Assembly (NCBI GenBank): GCA_002898395.1
Contig: BEHE01000005.1
Coordinates: forward strand, 28,200-60,199
Direction: 5' to 3'
DNA length: 32,000 nucleotides
From: Candidatus Calditenuaceae archaeon HR02
Lineage (GTDB): Archaea > Thermoproteota > Nitrososphaeria_A > Caldarchaeales > Calditenuaceae
Shown here: positions 24,858 through 32,000 of the stretch, piece by piece
How positions within the stretch are numbered: the first letter of the stretch is position 1
Layout of the letters: the number at the start of each line of letters is the position of its first letter
Position numbers and translations under genes: made by a program
Notes under the pieces: model-generated
What the model saw: only the letters and a program-made list of their open reading frames with translations
The model's database searches: none
Told to the model about the DNA's origin: nothing

Positions 24858-25557
24858 CGCGGAGTATATAGTCTATCAACCATACCCTGGGCTCCACGTC
24901 GTCTATCACGCTAAAAAGGTGCTGTTCAGCGGGCAGTCAAGGTTTCAGAGGATAGATATCATAGACAACGAGGCCTACGGAGTCATGCTTCTCCTAGACG
25001 GGAACATTCAGCACACGGAGTTCGACTCGCACATCTTCAACAAGGCATTAGTGGGGCCGATTTTGAGGAGGAGGATGCGAAACGTCCTGGTTCTTGGCGG
25101 AGGTAGCGGGCAAACCCTTAAAGCGCTTCTCAAAAGCCAGAGCATAGAGAGGGTCACCATTGTCGAGATCGATCCACTTGTAGTGGAGGCATGCAGAGCC
25201 CACATCCCGGGCGTTAATGAGGCTTTCGAGGACCCAAGGGTGAACCTGGTGATAGACGATGCCTTCAAATTCATCAGGAGGGATGATGGGAGTTATGATG
25301 TCTTGGTCCTCGATTTGACGGAGGAGTGGTTGGGCCAGAGTGTTGGGCTGGAGGAGCTCTACCGGTTCGTTGCTGTGAAGTGTAGAGGTCGCTGCTCGTG
25401 CTACATTGGGCCTGCCTCCCCGCAGTCAGGTGGTCCCGCGAGGAGGCATCAACACATCGCGGCGGCTAAGAAATTTCTCAAGGGCCTAAGGATCCGGAAG
25501 GTCTTTATACCATCATTTGGGAGCGAGCAGCTATTCCTTTACGGGGGCGGCCTGTAG
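24835..25557 (+). CDS. Spermidine-synthase-like (polyamine aminopropyltransferase fold) protein, divergent
   Basis: It has SRFQRIDIIDNEAYGVMLLLDGNIQ, VLVLGGGSGQT, VTIVEIDPLVVEA, VIDDAFKFI, YDVLVLDLTE and the C-terminal FIPSFGSEQLF. The start is chosen at ATG 24835 (the tracked ORF begins at GTG 24802). Several canonical substrate-binding residues look substituted. Confidence 0.7.
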   Translation: MSKTCFDTAEYIVYQPYPGLHVVYHAKKVLFSGQSRFQRIDIIDNEAYGVMLLLDGNIQHTEFDSHIFNKALVGPILRRRMRNVLVLGGGSGQTLKALLKSQSIERVTIVEIDPLVVEACRAHIPGVNEAFEDPRVNLVIDDAFKFIRRDDGSYDVLVLDLTEEWLGQSVGLEELYRFVAVKCRGRCSCYIGPASPQSGGPARRHQHIAAAKKFLKGLRIRKVFIPSFGSEQLFLYGGGL

Positions 25558-26199
25558 TTATCTTCTCTGACCGACCAGAGGGTTCCTCCTAATATGCCTG
25601 CCGGAGCCATCCTTAAACCTCTCCTCCTTCCACACATTCCCCCTCTCGTGATAGCCATAAGACTCCCAAAAACCGTCAACATATGTGTCGGAGAACTCTA
25701 TCTCGCAGAGGTGCTTAGCCGACTTCCAGCCGTAGAGGTGGGGGATGAAGGCCCTGCAGGGAAACCCGTTCTCTAGCTTAAGCGGTTCCCCATTCATCCT
25801 CAAGGCTACAATTGCCTTCTCTGATAGGGCGTCCTCTATCGGGACAGGAGCCGTGTAACCATCTAGACAGCGGAACAATGCCCATGTGGCACTGCTCATT
25901 ACCCTTGCCTGCTCTGCGAACCATCTGATAGGGATACCCTCCCACAAAACGTCCTTTACAGACCATTTAGTTACACAGTGGAAGTCCGACACGTAAGTTA
26001 TCTTCATAGGATTATTTATGAGGGACTCGTATGAGAAATCCAGCTCTCTCTCAACGCTCCCCGTAATTCTTAGCCGATAGCTATCGAGATCTACCTCTGG
26101 CAGGCCTAGAGCTGCATAGATTATGAAGTCTCTAATATATCTCTGGCCGGGTGGAAGTTCCGTCCCCATCACTAAAATGTATGTGGAGGATCGGCTCAA
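25558..26199 (-). CDS. Molybdopterin-dependent oxidoreductase (sulfite oxidase/YedY-like Moco domain)
   Basis: The 213-aa ORF has FHCVTKWSVKDVLWEGIP, LDGYTAPVP and NGEPLKLENGFPCRAFIPHLYGWKSAKHLCEIEF. Its stop abuts the stop of the convergent SpeE-like gene with zero spacer. ATG 26169 is an alternative start. Confidence 0.85.
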   Translation of the reverse strand: MSRSSTYILVMGTELPPGQRYIRDFIIYAALGLPEVDLDSYRLRITGSVERELDFSYESLINNPMKITYVSDFHCVTKWSVKDVLWEGIPIRWFAEQARVMSSATWALFRCLDGYTAPVPIEDALSEKAIVALRMNGEPLKLENGFPCRAFIPHLYGWKSAKHLCEIEFSDTYVDGFWESYGYHERGNVWKEERFKDGSGRHIRRNPLVGQRR

Positions 26200-26285
26200 T
26201 TAACTATATCTCCACTACTCGGTTTAAAAGTAGCGGCTTCCAGCGGCAAAACCTATTTGTTGACAATTAGTAATTGGTAGCGTGA

Positions 26286-26642
26286 GTGATGAGCAGGTAT
26301 CTGGAGAAGCTCCCAGAGATGGTTAGGGTGAAGCTAGGCTACGCACCGGATCTCACCCCTATCTTGGAGCTATCTTTAGAGGAAGTGAATGGTTTTGGGC
26401 TTTTAGAAGCTGTAGAGGAGGCTGTGAAGAAGGGGGAGGAGCGATTGGATGTGCTGAGAAGGTTTGGGAGAGAGTTTCTATCCGCCGTACCCGAGCCAGT
26501 TGTGGCCCTCGTGCCTAGAGGCAGAATCGCCTCCTTTGTCAGGTTTTTAGAGTCTAGGGGTGTCAACCCGTTCAACGACCCCCTTATATTACGGCTAGGC
26601 GAAGCTGTCTTGACCATTTCCATAGAGTTTGAGTGTGGGTGA
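26286..26642 (+). CDS. Hypothetical protein
   Basis: The 118-aa ORF has balanced, helix-rich composition. The overlapping antisense ORF 26339..26812 is S/T/P-rich. I recognise no family. Confidence 0.55.
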   Translation: MMSRYLEKLPEMVRVKLGYAPDLTPILELSLEEVNGFGLLEAVEEAVKKGEERLDVLRRFGREFLSAVPEPVVALVPRGRIASFVRFLESRGVNPFNDPLILRLGEAVLTISIEFECG

Positions 26643-26704
26643 AGTGTGTCCTGTCCCTCGAGAAGGCCGGTAATCTTTAATTCTCGAAAAAATGTGCTAG
26701 AGTT

Positions 26705-27679
26705 GTGAAGGGCCTTATACTTGCTGCAGATGTGGGTGCGACTAATATGCGGGTTGGGGTGTTCGACGGTGAAGGGAGGCTGCTCCGGTTTAAGAGTGGA
26801 AGGACGCCTCAAACCAATACTTCCGAGTCTGTTCCGAGGGCGCTTTTGGACTTGGCTAAGGGGGTCGCAGGCCAGGATTGGTCCTCGATATGGAGGTGTG
26901 GTGTGGCCTCTATTGGGCCCCTAGACTCGCGGAGAGGAGTGATACTGAAGGCCCCGAATATTGCCGAGAAGGGGAGTGAGATCCCCCTCCTAGCCCATCT
27001 CAGGGAGGAACTTGACGTGGAGTACTACTTTCTTAACGACTGTAACGCGGCCGCCTATGGTGAATGGTGGTCTAGGAAGGAGGAGGGTGTCAGGAATCTA
27101 ATCTACGTAACAATCAGCAGTGGGATTGGGGGAGGAGTCGTAGACAATGGGCACCTGATCTTGGGCAAGATAGGTAATGGGGCTGAGATAGGCCACATCA
27201 TCATTGATGCGTCAGGGTATATGGATTGCGGGTGCGGTGGTCGTGGGCATTGGGAGGCGTATTGCTCTGGGGCTAACATTCCCCGCCTAGCTGAGAAGCT
27301 GCTTGAGGACGAGCGGCTGGAAAGGGGGACAGGATTGGAGAAGGCGTATGTTGAGAAGAGCCTCGACGCCAAGATGTGTTTCGAATTATACTATGCCAGA
27401 GACAGGGCAGCTGTGGGGTTGTTTGAGCTGCTGAAAGACTTCTATGCAGCAGGCTTTGCAAGCGTAATCAACACCTTCGACGCGGAGGTACTAGTTATAG
27501 GTGGAGCCATCTATCTAGGCCATGAGTCCTTCTTCCAGCACGAGGTATTACCACGGATAGACAGGTTCCTCCTGCTTGACAAGCCCCGTATCGCTAAGCC
27601 AGTACACGGGGATCTGGCGCCACTATATGGTGCAGCCCACTGCGCGCTAGAAGGGGTGGAGGGGGCCAGAATCCATTAG
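26705..27679 (+). CDS. ROK-family sugar kinase (glucokinase/hexokinase-like)
   Basis: The 324-aa ORF has the N-terminal ATP motif LAADVGATNMRVG and the ROK zinc motif GHIIIDASGYMDCGCGGRGHWEAYCSG. Confidence 0.88.
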   Translation: MKGLILAADVGATNMRVGVFDGEGRLLRFKSGRTPQTNTSESVPRALLDLAKGVAGQDWSSIWRCGVASIGPLDSRRGVILKAPNIAEKGSEIPLLAHLREELDVEYYFLNDCNAAAYGEWWSRKEEGVRNLIYVTISSGIGGGVVDNGHLILGKIGNGAEIGHIIIDASGYMDCGCGGRGHWEAYCSGANIPRLAEKLLEDERLERGTGLEKAYVEKSLDAKMCFELYYARDRAAVGLFELLKDFYAAGFASVINTFDAEVLVIGGAIYLGHESFFQHEVLPRIDRFLLLDKPRIAKPVHGDLAPLYGAAHCALEGVEGARIH

Positions 27680-27710
27680 CTCCTGACCAGCAAAATTGAT
27701 TTAGGGGAGC

Positions 27711-28424
27711 GTGAGGTGTAAGCTGGACAGCCCCCGATATATAGTCCTCCTCGCAGACTCTGCGGTTGAGTTCATTCCGAGGGAGATTTGGGGCCACCCC
27801 TCCGTGGCCTCCTACTGTAGAAAAAGGGGGAAGATTCCTGCAAGGACTCTCCTAGACTCCTCATATCATCACGCTGCAATGAGAGGGCTTCCCGGTAGAG
27901 AGAGGAGGGGGCGACCTGATATCCTCCACTTCACTATCCTAGAGGTTCTCGGTTCACCTCTCAACAAGGCAGAGAAGCTGGGTATATACGTCCATACTCA
28001 GCCCGGCTACTTGATCTGGGTGAACCCCAAGGTTAGGCTCCCGAGGAACTATGACCGCTTCAAAAGTCTTTTTGAGAAGCTGATGGTCGAGAAAGTGATT
28101 AAGTCTGATGCGGGGGAGATCCTGCTCAGGGTAATGGGCTCTGACCTCGAGAGCTGGGTGGAGAGAGTGGGGGCTGGGAGCGTGATTCTCCTCTCAGAGA
28201 CCGGTGTTAAGGTGGAAATGGGGATGTTGGAGGAGGTGTCTAAAAGTCCTAAGCCAACCATCTTTGTAGTCGGCTGTTTCCCCCACGGAGATTTTTCCCC
28301 CGAGATAAGATCGATCGCCGACCAGGTGGTCAGGCTCTCTGAACACACAATGGATGCGTGGGTTGCCGCTTCTAGGATTCTGTGTCTGCTGGAGCTGGCC
28401 GAGGCAAAGAATAAGCACGAATAG
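27711..28424 (+). CDS. nep1: Nep1/Emg1 rRNA pseudouridine N1-methyltransferase (SPOUT)
   Basis: The 237-aa ORF has the signature RGRPDILHFTILEVLGSPLNKA and a C-terminal trefoil-knot region, VVGCFPHGDF. Confidence 0.88.
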   Translation: MRCKLDSPRYIVLLADSAVEFIPREIWGHPSVASYCRKRGKIPARTLLDSSYHHAAMRGLPGRERRGRPDILHFTILEVLGSPLNKAEKLGIYVHTQPGYLIWVNPKVRLPRNYDRFKSLFEKLMVEKVIKSDAGEILLRVMGSDLESWVERVGAGSVILLSETGVKVEMGMLEEVSKSPKPTIFVVGCFPHGDFSPEIRSIADQVVRLSEHTMDAWVAASRILCLLELAEAKNKHE

Positions 28425-28472
28425 GCGAGGACTGAATGAGCCAACCCCTCTGCTGCCTTGAGGCGTGATAGT

Positions 28473-28480
28473 CTTTAAAT
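28473..28480 (+). promoter_or_regulatory. TATA-like box (ctttaaat) for the long Sm-like gene
   Basis: It overlaps the first ATG of the tracked ORF (28479). It lies about 32-39 nt upstream of ATG 28512. Confidence 0.4.
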
Positions 28481-28511
28481 GCTGGCTTCTGTATGTTTTT
28501 TCAGATATTTT

Positions 28512-28934
28512 ATGTCCGCGTTAGCTTCGAGGAAGTTTGGAGAGGAGTTCGCATCACTGCTTGAGAGAGTTGTGACTGTTTCAATGTCTAATGGGAGAAA
28601 GGTTACTGGAAGGGTGGCGGCCTACAATCCCACAGATTACAGCCTATGGCTCGTAGATGCCACTTTGGATGATGGTAAGCCTGTCTCGAGGATATTCATC
28701 TCGGGCCGCGGTGTCTCTACAATCGAGGTGGTGGAGGCCGGCCCCGACCTAACCTCTCTATTCGAAAGGATAAACGCCCTCTTCCCCAACATGGCTAGGT
28801 ACATCCGGGAGGCTGGGGTTATAGTTGTGATGGATAGGATTAGGGTGACTAAAGACGGCGTTATTGAGGGGTCCGGGCCAGCTGCTGAAAGGATACAGAG
28901 AATCTGGGAAGAGTGGAAGCGCGAGACGAGTTAA
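28512..28934 (+). CDS. Sm-like protein with extra C-terminal domain (SmAP3-like architecture)
   Basis: The N-terminal Sm fold is LLERVVTVSMSNGRKVTGRVAAYNPTDYSLWLVDA ... RIFISGRGVSTIEV, followed by a further 70-aa domain or so. The start is set at the second ATG because of the TATA position. Confidence 0.7.
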   Translation: MSALASRKFGEEFASLLERVVTVSMSNGRKVTGRVAAYNPTDYSLWLVDATLDDGKPVSRIFISGRGVSTIEVVEAGPDLTSLFERINALFPNMARYIREAGVIVVMDRIRVTKDGVIEGSGPAAERIQRIWEEWKRETS

Positions 28935-28942
28935 GCCATTCT

Positions 28943-29650
28943 TTATGCCTCAAGCCTGGCAATGGTCCTGCTCGAGACAGTTATTAGCTCGCTTACTCCC
29001 ACCTCCTCTAATCCAAGTGAACAGAGCTTTGAAAGGGCCTCAACACCCCTCTGAGCTGCGTAATAGTCGGGTGTAGAATTCCCAATCTCAATCAACATGC
29101 CCATATTTTCAAGGCCCATCTGCCCCGCCATGACCATCATTATTCCCGCCGCTCCCACAATCTGCCCTCCATAGACTTCGCCTCCCACAAGTCCCATGTA
29201 TTTCTCGAGATAGGCCTTGCTGGTTGAGGAGCAGTATACCCTACGCCTCTGCGCGACGTCCTCCTTCCCACCCAAACCACCCAGCGTGAAGACGCGTCTC
29301 ACACCATGTTTAGAGGCGATGTCTATAATCTTTCCACACAGCTCGTGTTGACCGTAGCTGCTTGAGGGCTGTGAGGTGCCATACACTATCAGAGTTGGTG
29401 AAGGCTCTTCGACCGCGTATATGTCTAGGAAGTGGGGTAGGAGTTTTCCATCTGCTATGAACCCATATGAGGGGAAGTGGGGTGAATAGACTCTGCAGAG
29501 CCTTACATGCTTTACCTTCCCTAAAATGTATGCTATACTGATTTTTGAGACTAGTCCAATACCTGGGAGACCCTCGATTAGGGACGCATCTTCGAGATAG
29601 TAATCCTCCATGCCCCTCTCATAAACCACTATAGACTCGTTGACCGGCAA
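28943..29650 (-). CDS. PAC2-family (proteasome assembly chaperone-like) protein
   Basis: The 235-aa ORF has the N-terminal GLPGIGLVSKISIAYIL motif. Its overall pattern is typical of archaeal PAC2/DUF75 proteins. Confidence 0.75.
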   Translation of the reverse strand: MPVNESIVVYERGMEDYYLEDASLIEGLPGIGLVSKISIAYILGKVKHVRLCRVYSPHFPSYGFIADGKLLPHFLDIYAVEEPSPTLIVYGTSQPSSSYGQHELCGKIIDIASKHGVRRVFTLGGLGGKEDVAQRRRVYCSSTSKAYLEKYMGLVGGEVYGGQIVGAAGIMMVMAGQMGLENMGMLIEIGNSTPDYYAAQRGVEALSKLCSLGLEEVGVSELITVSSRTIARLEA

Positions 29651-29690
29651 GACCTGATAAGTGATCTATCCTTGGTCTTATAAACCGTTC

Positions 29691-30608
29691 TCAGCCCAGA
29701 AGCAGGTTGACATATCTCGCAGCCCCGTCTGGAATTAGAGTCACGACAACTGAGCCAGGATTCTCCATTGCGACTCGAAGCGCAGCTGCAACGTTTGCTC
29801 CTCCTGACAGTCCCGCCAGAACACCCGCACGACTCGCTAGAAGCTTAGAGTACTGGTATGCCTCTTCTGTCGAGATCTTTATCAGCTCATTGGCGAAGGA
29901 TGGGTCATATATCTTCGGCTTTATCGAACTCTCCATGTGTTTGAGTCCTTCAATCCCGTGGAGGGGTCCGTCAGGTTGGACCTCAATGATTCTTATCCCC
30001 TTGTTATACTCGCGCAAGCGCTGACCGGCCCCCATCAGTGTTCCTGATGTCCCCACACCTACCACGAAGTGGGTTACCTTGCCCCGTGTCTGACGGATAA
30101 CCTCGGGCCCAGTCGTCTCGTAGTGGGCTTTGACGTTGGAGGGGTTATCGTACTGGTTTGAATAGTAGTATCTTTTTGGGTCGGTCTCTGCCAGCCTCCT
30201 GGCTTCCCTTATGGCGCCGTCAATACCCTCAAGCGGGTCTGTGAAAACTACCTCTGCTCCCAGTATCCGGAGAAGGTCAATCTTCTCTCGACTAATGTTT
30301 TTCGGGACAACTATCTTCGCCTTTAGACCGAAGCAGACGGCCATGAGAGATAGGCTGACAGCCATGTTTCCGGATGAGGCGTCGAGGATCGTCATGCTGG
30401 GGGTCACCAGCCCCTGCTCTAGGGCGTCTCTAACGATGTATAGGGCAGGCCTATCCTTGACTGAGCCGCTGGGGTTGAAAAACTCTAGCTTAGCAAGGAT
30501 CCTTGACCCATTTTTGATTGAGAGTGGCCCGGTAAGATCTACCAGCGGGGTGTTTCCAACAGCACCTGCGACGTTTTGTAGAACGCCTCTACGCAGGACG
30601 CGATACAC
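29691..30608 (-). CDS. Cysteine synthase / O-acetylserine sulfhydrylase family PLP enzyme
   Basis: The 305-aa ORF has GNTPLV, the PLP-lysine motif KLEFFNPSGSVKDR, SSGNMAVSL and GVGTSGTLMG. It has a GTG start. I cannot separate CysK, CysM and CBS-like subtypes by eye. Confidence 0.88.
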   Translation of the reverse strand: MYRVLRRGVLQNVAGAVGNTPLVDLTGPLSIKNGSRILAKLEFFNPSGSVKDRPALYIVRDALEQGLVTPSMTILDASSGNMAVSLSLMAVCFGLKAKIVVPKNISREKIDLLRILGAEVVFTDPLEGIDGAIREARRLAETDPKRYYYSNQYDNPSNVKAHYETTGPEVIRQTRGKVTHFVVGVGTSGTLMGAGQRLREYNKGIRIIEVQPDGPLHGIEGLKHMESSIKPKIYDPSFANELIKISTEEAYQYSKLLASRAGVLAGLSGGANVAAALRVAMENPGSVVVTLIPDGAARYVNLLLG

Positions 30609-30694
30609 AATAAATTAGGGCACCTCGAAGACCCATGTCCTAGCGTCCTATTTAGCTGTTCGTCTCCTTCACAGAAAAAGGGGACTCCCAAGAG

Positions 30695-31423
30695 CTAAAG
30701 AAGCTTCAATTCTGAGAGGAGGGCTTCGAAATCTTTCTCGGAATATGTCTCCTTATACCTCCTCAAGGTCTGCCTCTCAACCTTATGTAGACCAAGGTCC
30801 CGCCTCACCCGCTCTAGCCCTTTTGAGCCGATGTAGTTTAGGAGCGAGGTCAGGTTCTTGGGGCGGCTTGAAAAACCGGCTGAGCCGAAATCAATGATGA
30901 CCGGCCCGCTCTGAGTGACTATCACATGCTTGCTCGCGTCACTCAGTTCTCTATGGTCTATTCCCGCCCTGTCGAGCCTATGACACTGCAGTGCAGCTTC
31001 TAGTATCGTTTGCCTAGCAGTATGGCTGGGTGGGTTTGAGTGGACTAGCCACTTAGTCAGGTCTACACCCTCGACAAGGCTCATGACCAAGACCGGGTCG
31101 CAGTGCCCCAAGAGCCGGGGCCCCACGCCTATCCTGTTAGCCTGCTCGAGCATATATGCTTCACGGTAGGTTGACTTAACGGCATAGTCGAGCCTCCTCA
31201 CCTTAAGCGCCACCCTCACCCCACCCCTTAAACCAATCAAGACAATGTTTCTGAACCCTTTACCGATCAGTTTCAGTCGCACAGGGTTTTCGAGCATCAA
31301 GGCCTCCACACCCAGCTCCTCAAGGGCTCTCACCACCAGCTCTGCGTAGTCAGGGTCTGGCGATGGGTAGGAGAGCTGTAGCATGAGGGGGTGTTTTCTT
31401 CTTAGCTCCTCTATCTTTAGCAT
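30695..31423 (-). CDS. Atypical RIO-like Ser/Thr protein kinase-fold protein
   Basis: The 242-aa ORF has the Gly-rich loop IGKGFRNIVL, VALKVRR, the catalytic-loop variant GIDHRELSDASKHVIV and IIDFGSAG. Its ATG overlaps the stop of the upstream cca gene (ATGCTAA). Confidence 0.7.
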   Translation of the reverse strand: MLKIEELRRKHPLMLQLSYPSPDPDYAELVVRALEELGVEALMLENPVRLKLIGKGFRNIVLIGLRGGVRVALKVRRLDYAVKSTYREAYMLEQANRIGVGPRLLGHCDPVLVMSLVEGVDLTKWLVHSNPPSHTARQTILEAALQCHRLDRAGIDHRELSDASKHVIVTQSGPVIIDFGSAGFSSRPKNLTSLLNYIGSKGLERVRRDLGLHKVERQTLRRYKETYSEKDFEALLSELKLL

Positions 31424-32000
31424 CTCTTCACGAGGTGTCTGACCGGTGTAGCTATTCCCTCGAGGAAGTTTTTCAGAAACGCGCTAAAACCCTCGTTCTG
31501 CCTGATTCTTTCGATTAGGCCACTATGGCTAGTCAGTATCTCGGCATTAATCAACCTGTCTACCAACTCGCGCGAGATGGCTACTTGCCCCTTCCTAACC
31601 CACTCTCTCAAGAGTTCATCTGCCTTAACGTGTCTCCTCCTGAATAGGGCGTAGAGTCTTTCACCATCCACCCAGGGGCCAGCGGCCCTATCCTCCCTGC
31701 TGAGCGTCTTTCTCACAAAGTCTACAGCGTTGTCCAGCCAGACTGGTGGGCCTACTCGCAGCCCGAGTGATGGAAGGGAGAGGCTTGAGAGCTCATAGAG
31801 GAGGAGGACTTCGCCGCCCGACTGGGCAGCCGCTGATCTATAGACTTGGAAACCCTCCTTCAAAAGCCGCCTGGAGACACCCTTCATAGTGTGCTTAATC
31901 TCCCCCCATAGTATGTCAGGGGGTTTCTCCCCCGCCCGGAAGATAATTCCCAAAAGCTCATGGGAACTGCTCGTCTCCGCTTCTCCCTCGGACGGCTTCG
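31417..32000 (-). CDS. cca: Class I (archaeal) CCA-adding tRNA nucleotidyltransferase, C-terminal part (partial; runs off the window)
   Basis: The frame stays open to position 32000. The segment PDILWGEIKHTMKGVSRRLLKEGFQVYRS ... RVGPPVW ... GPWVDGERLYALFRR parallels the body/tail region of the archaeal CCA enzyme as I recall it (PDIVDDNLYPQLERA...RRMGPQF...RPFIENGRWWAFE). Confidence 0.8.
   Translation of the reverse strand, partial: KPSEGEAETSSSHELLGIIFRAGEKPPDILWGEIKHTMKGVSRRLLKEGFQVYRSAAAQSGGEVLLLYELSSLSLPSLGLRVGPPVWLDNAVDFVRKTLSREDRAAGPWVDGERLYALFRRRHVKADELLREWVRKGQVAISRELVDRLINAEILTSHSGLIERIRQNEGFSAFLKNFLEGIATPVRHLVKRC

Noticed and set aside
26339-26812. A 157-aa minus-strand ORF overlapping the 118-aa hypothetical gene and the ROK kinase start.
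   Set aside because: It is S/T/P-rich with low complexity. It would overlap the well-supported ROK N-terminus.
1-32000. CRISPR arrays, rRNA genes, inteins and tandem repeat arrays.
   Set aside because: No regularly spaced direct repeats or rRNA-like segments were seen. DP2 and the other large genes read through without intein-like insertions.

Overview
This window is an archaeal chromosomal segment with about 50% G+C (spot counts on a few lines only). Genes are densely packed, and many appear leaderless, with a TATA-like box about 25-35 nt upstream of the start codon. GTG and TTG starts are common.

Most of the window is housekeeping. It contains a rhomboid protease, TruD, the PurA/GuaB pair, an intron-containing tRNA, an Elf1-like zinc-ribbon factor overlapping GGGP synthase, and the DNA polymerase D large subunit (DP2). 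It also has two Sm-like proteins, archaeal-type SAM synthetase, NucS, Elp3, a nitroreductase, and an EtfB-EtfA-FixC/X flavoprotein operon. Further on are a SAM methyltransferase, a divergent spermidine-synthase-like protein, a molybdopterin oxidoreductase, a ROK kinase, Nep1, a PAC2 protein, cysteine synthase, an atypical kinase and a partial CCA-adding enzyme. Finding PolD together with Elf1 suggests a TACK-type archaeon outside the classical Thermoprotei. This is inference.

The non-housekeeping part lies at about 20.1-23.8 kb. It holds decayed IS110-family transposase remnants in two orientations and a small zinc-ribbon ORF. It also holds two unrecognisable membrane-protein genes that converge on a DUF2116 zinc-ribbon gene.

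A promoter-bearing sequence of about 135-145 bp next to a frameshifted LAGLIDADG-like gene beside the tRNA (about 6.2-6.4 kb) recurs inverted at about 20.6-20.7 kb. The two copies bracket 14.2 kb of core genes.

I saw no CRISPR array, rRNA or clearly intact mobile element. I have no decisive evidence for a novel system. The best candidate is the uncharacterised membrane/zinc-ribbon cluster at 22.3-23.9 kb.
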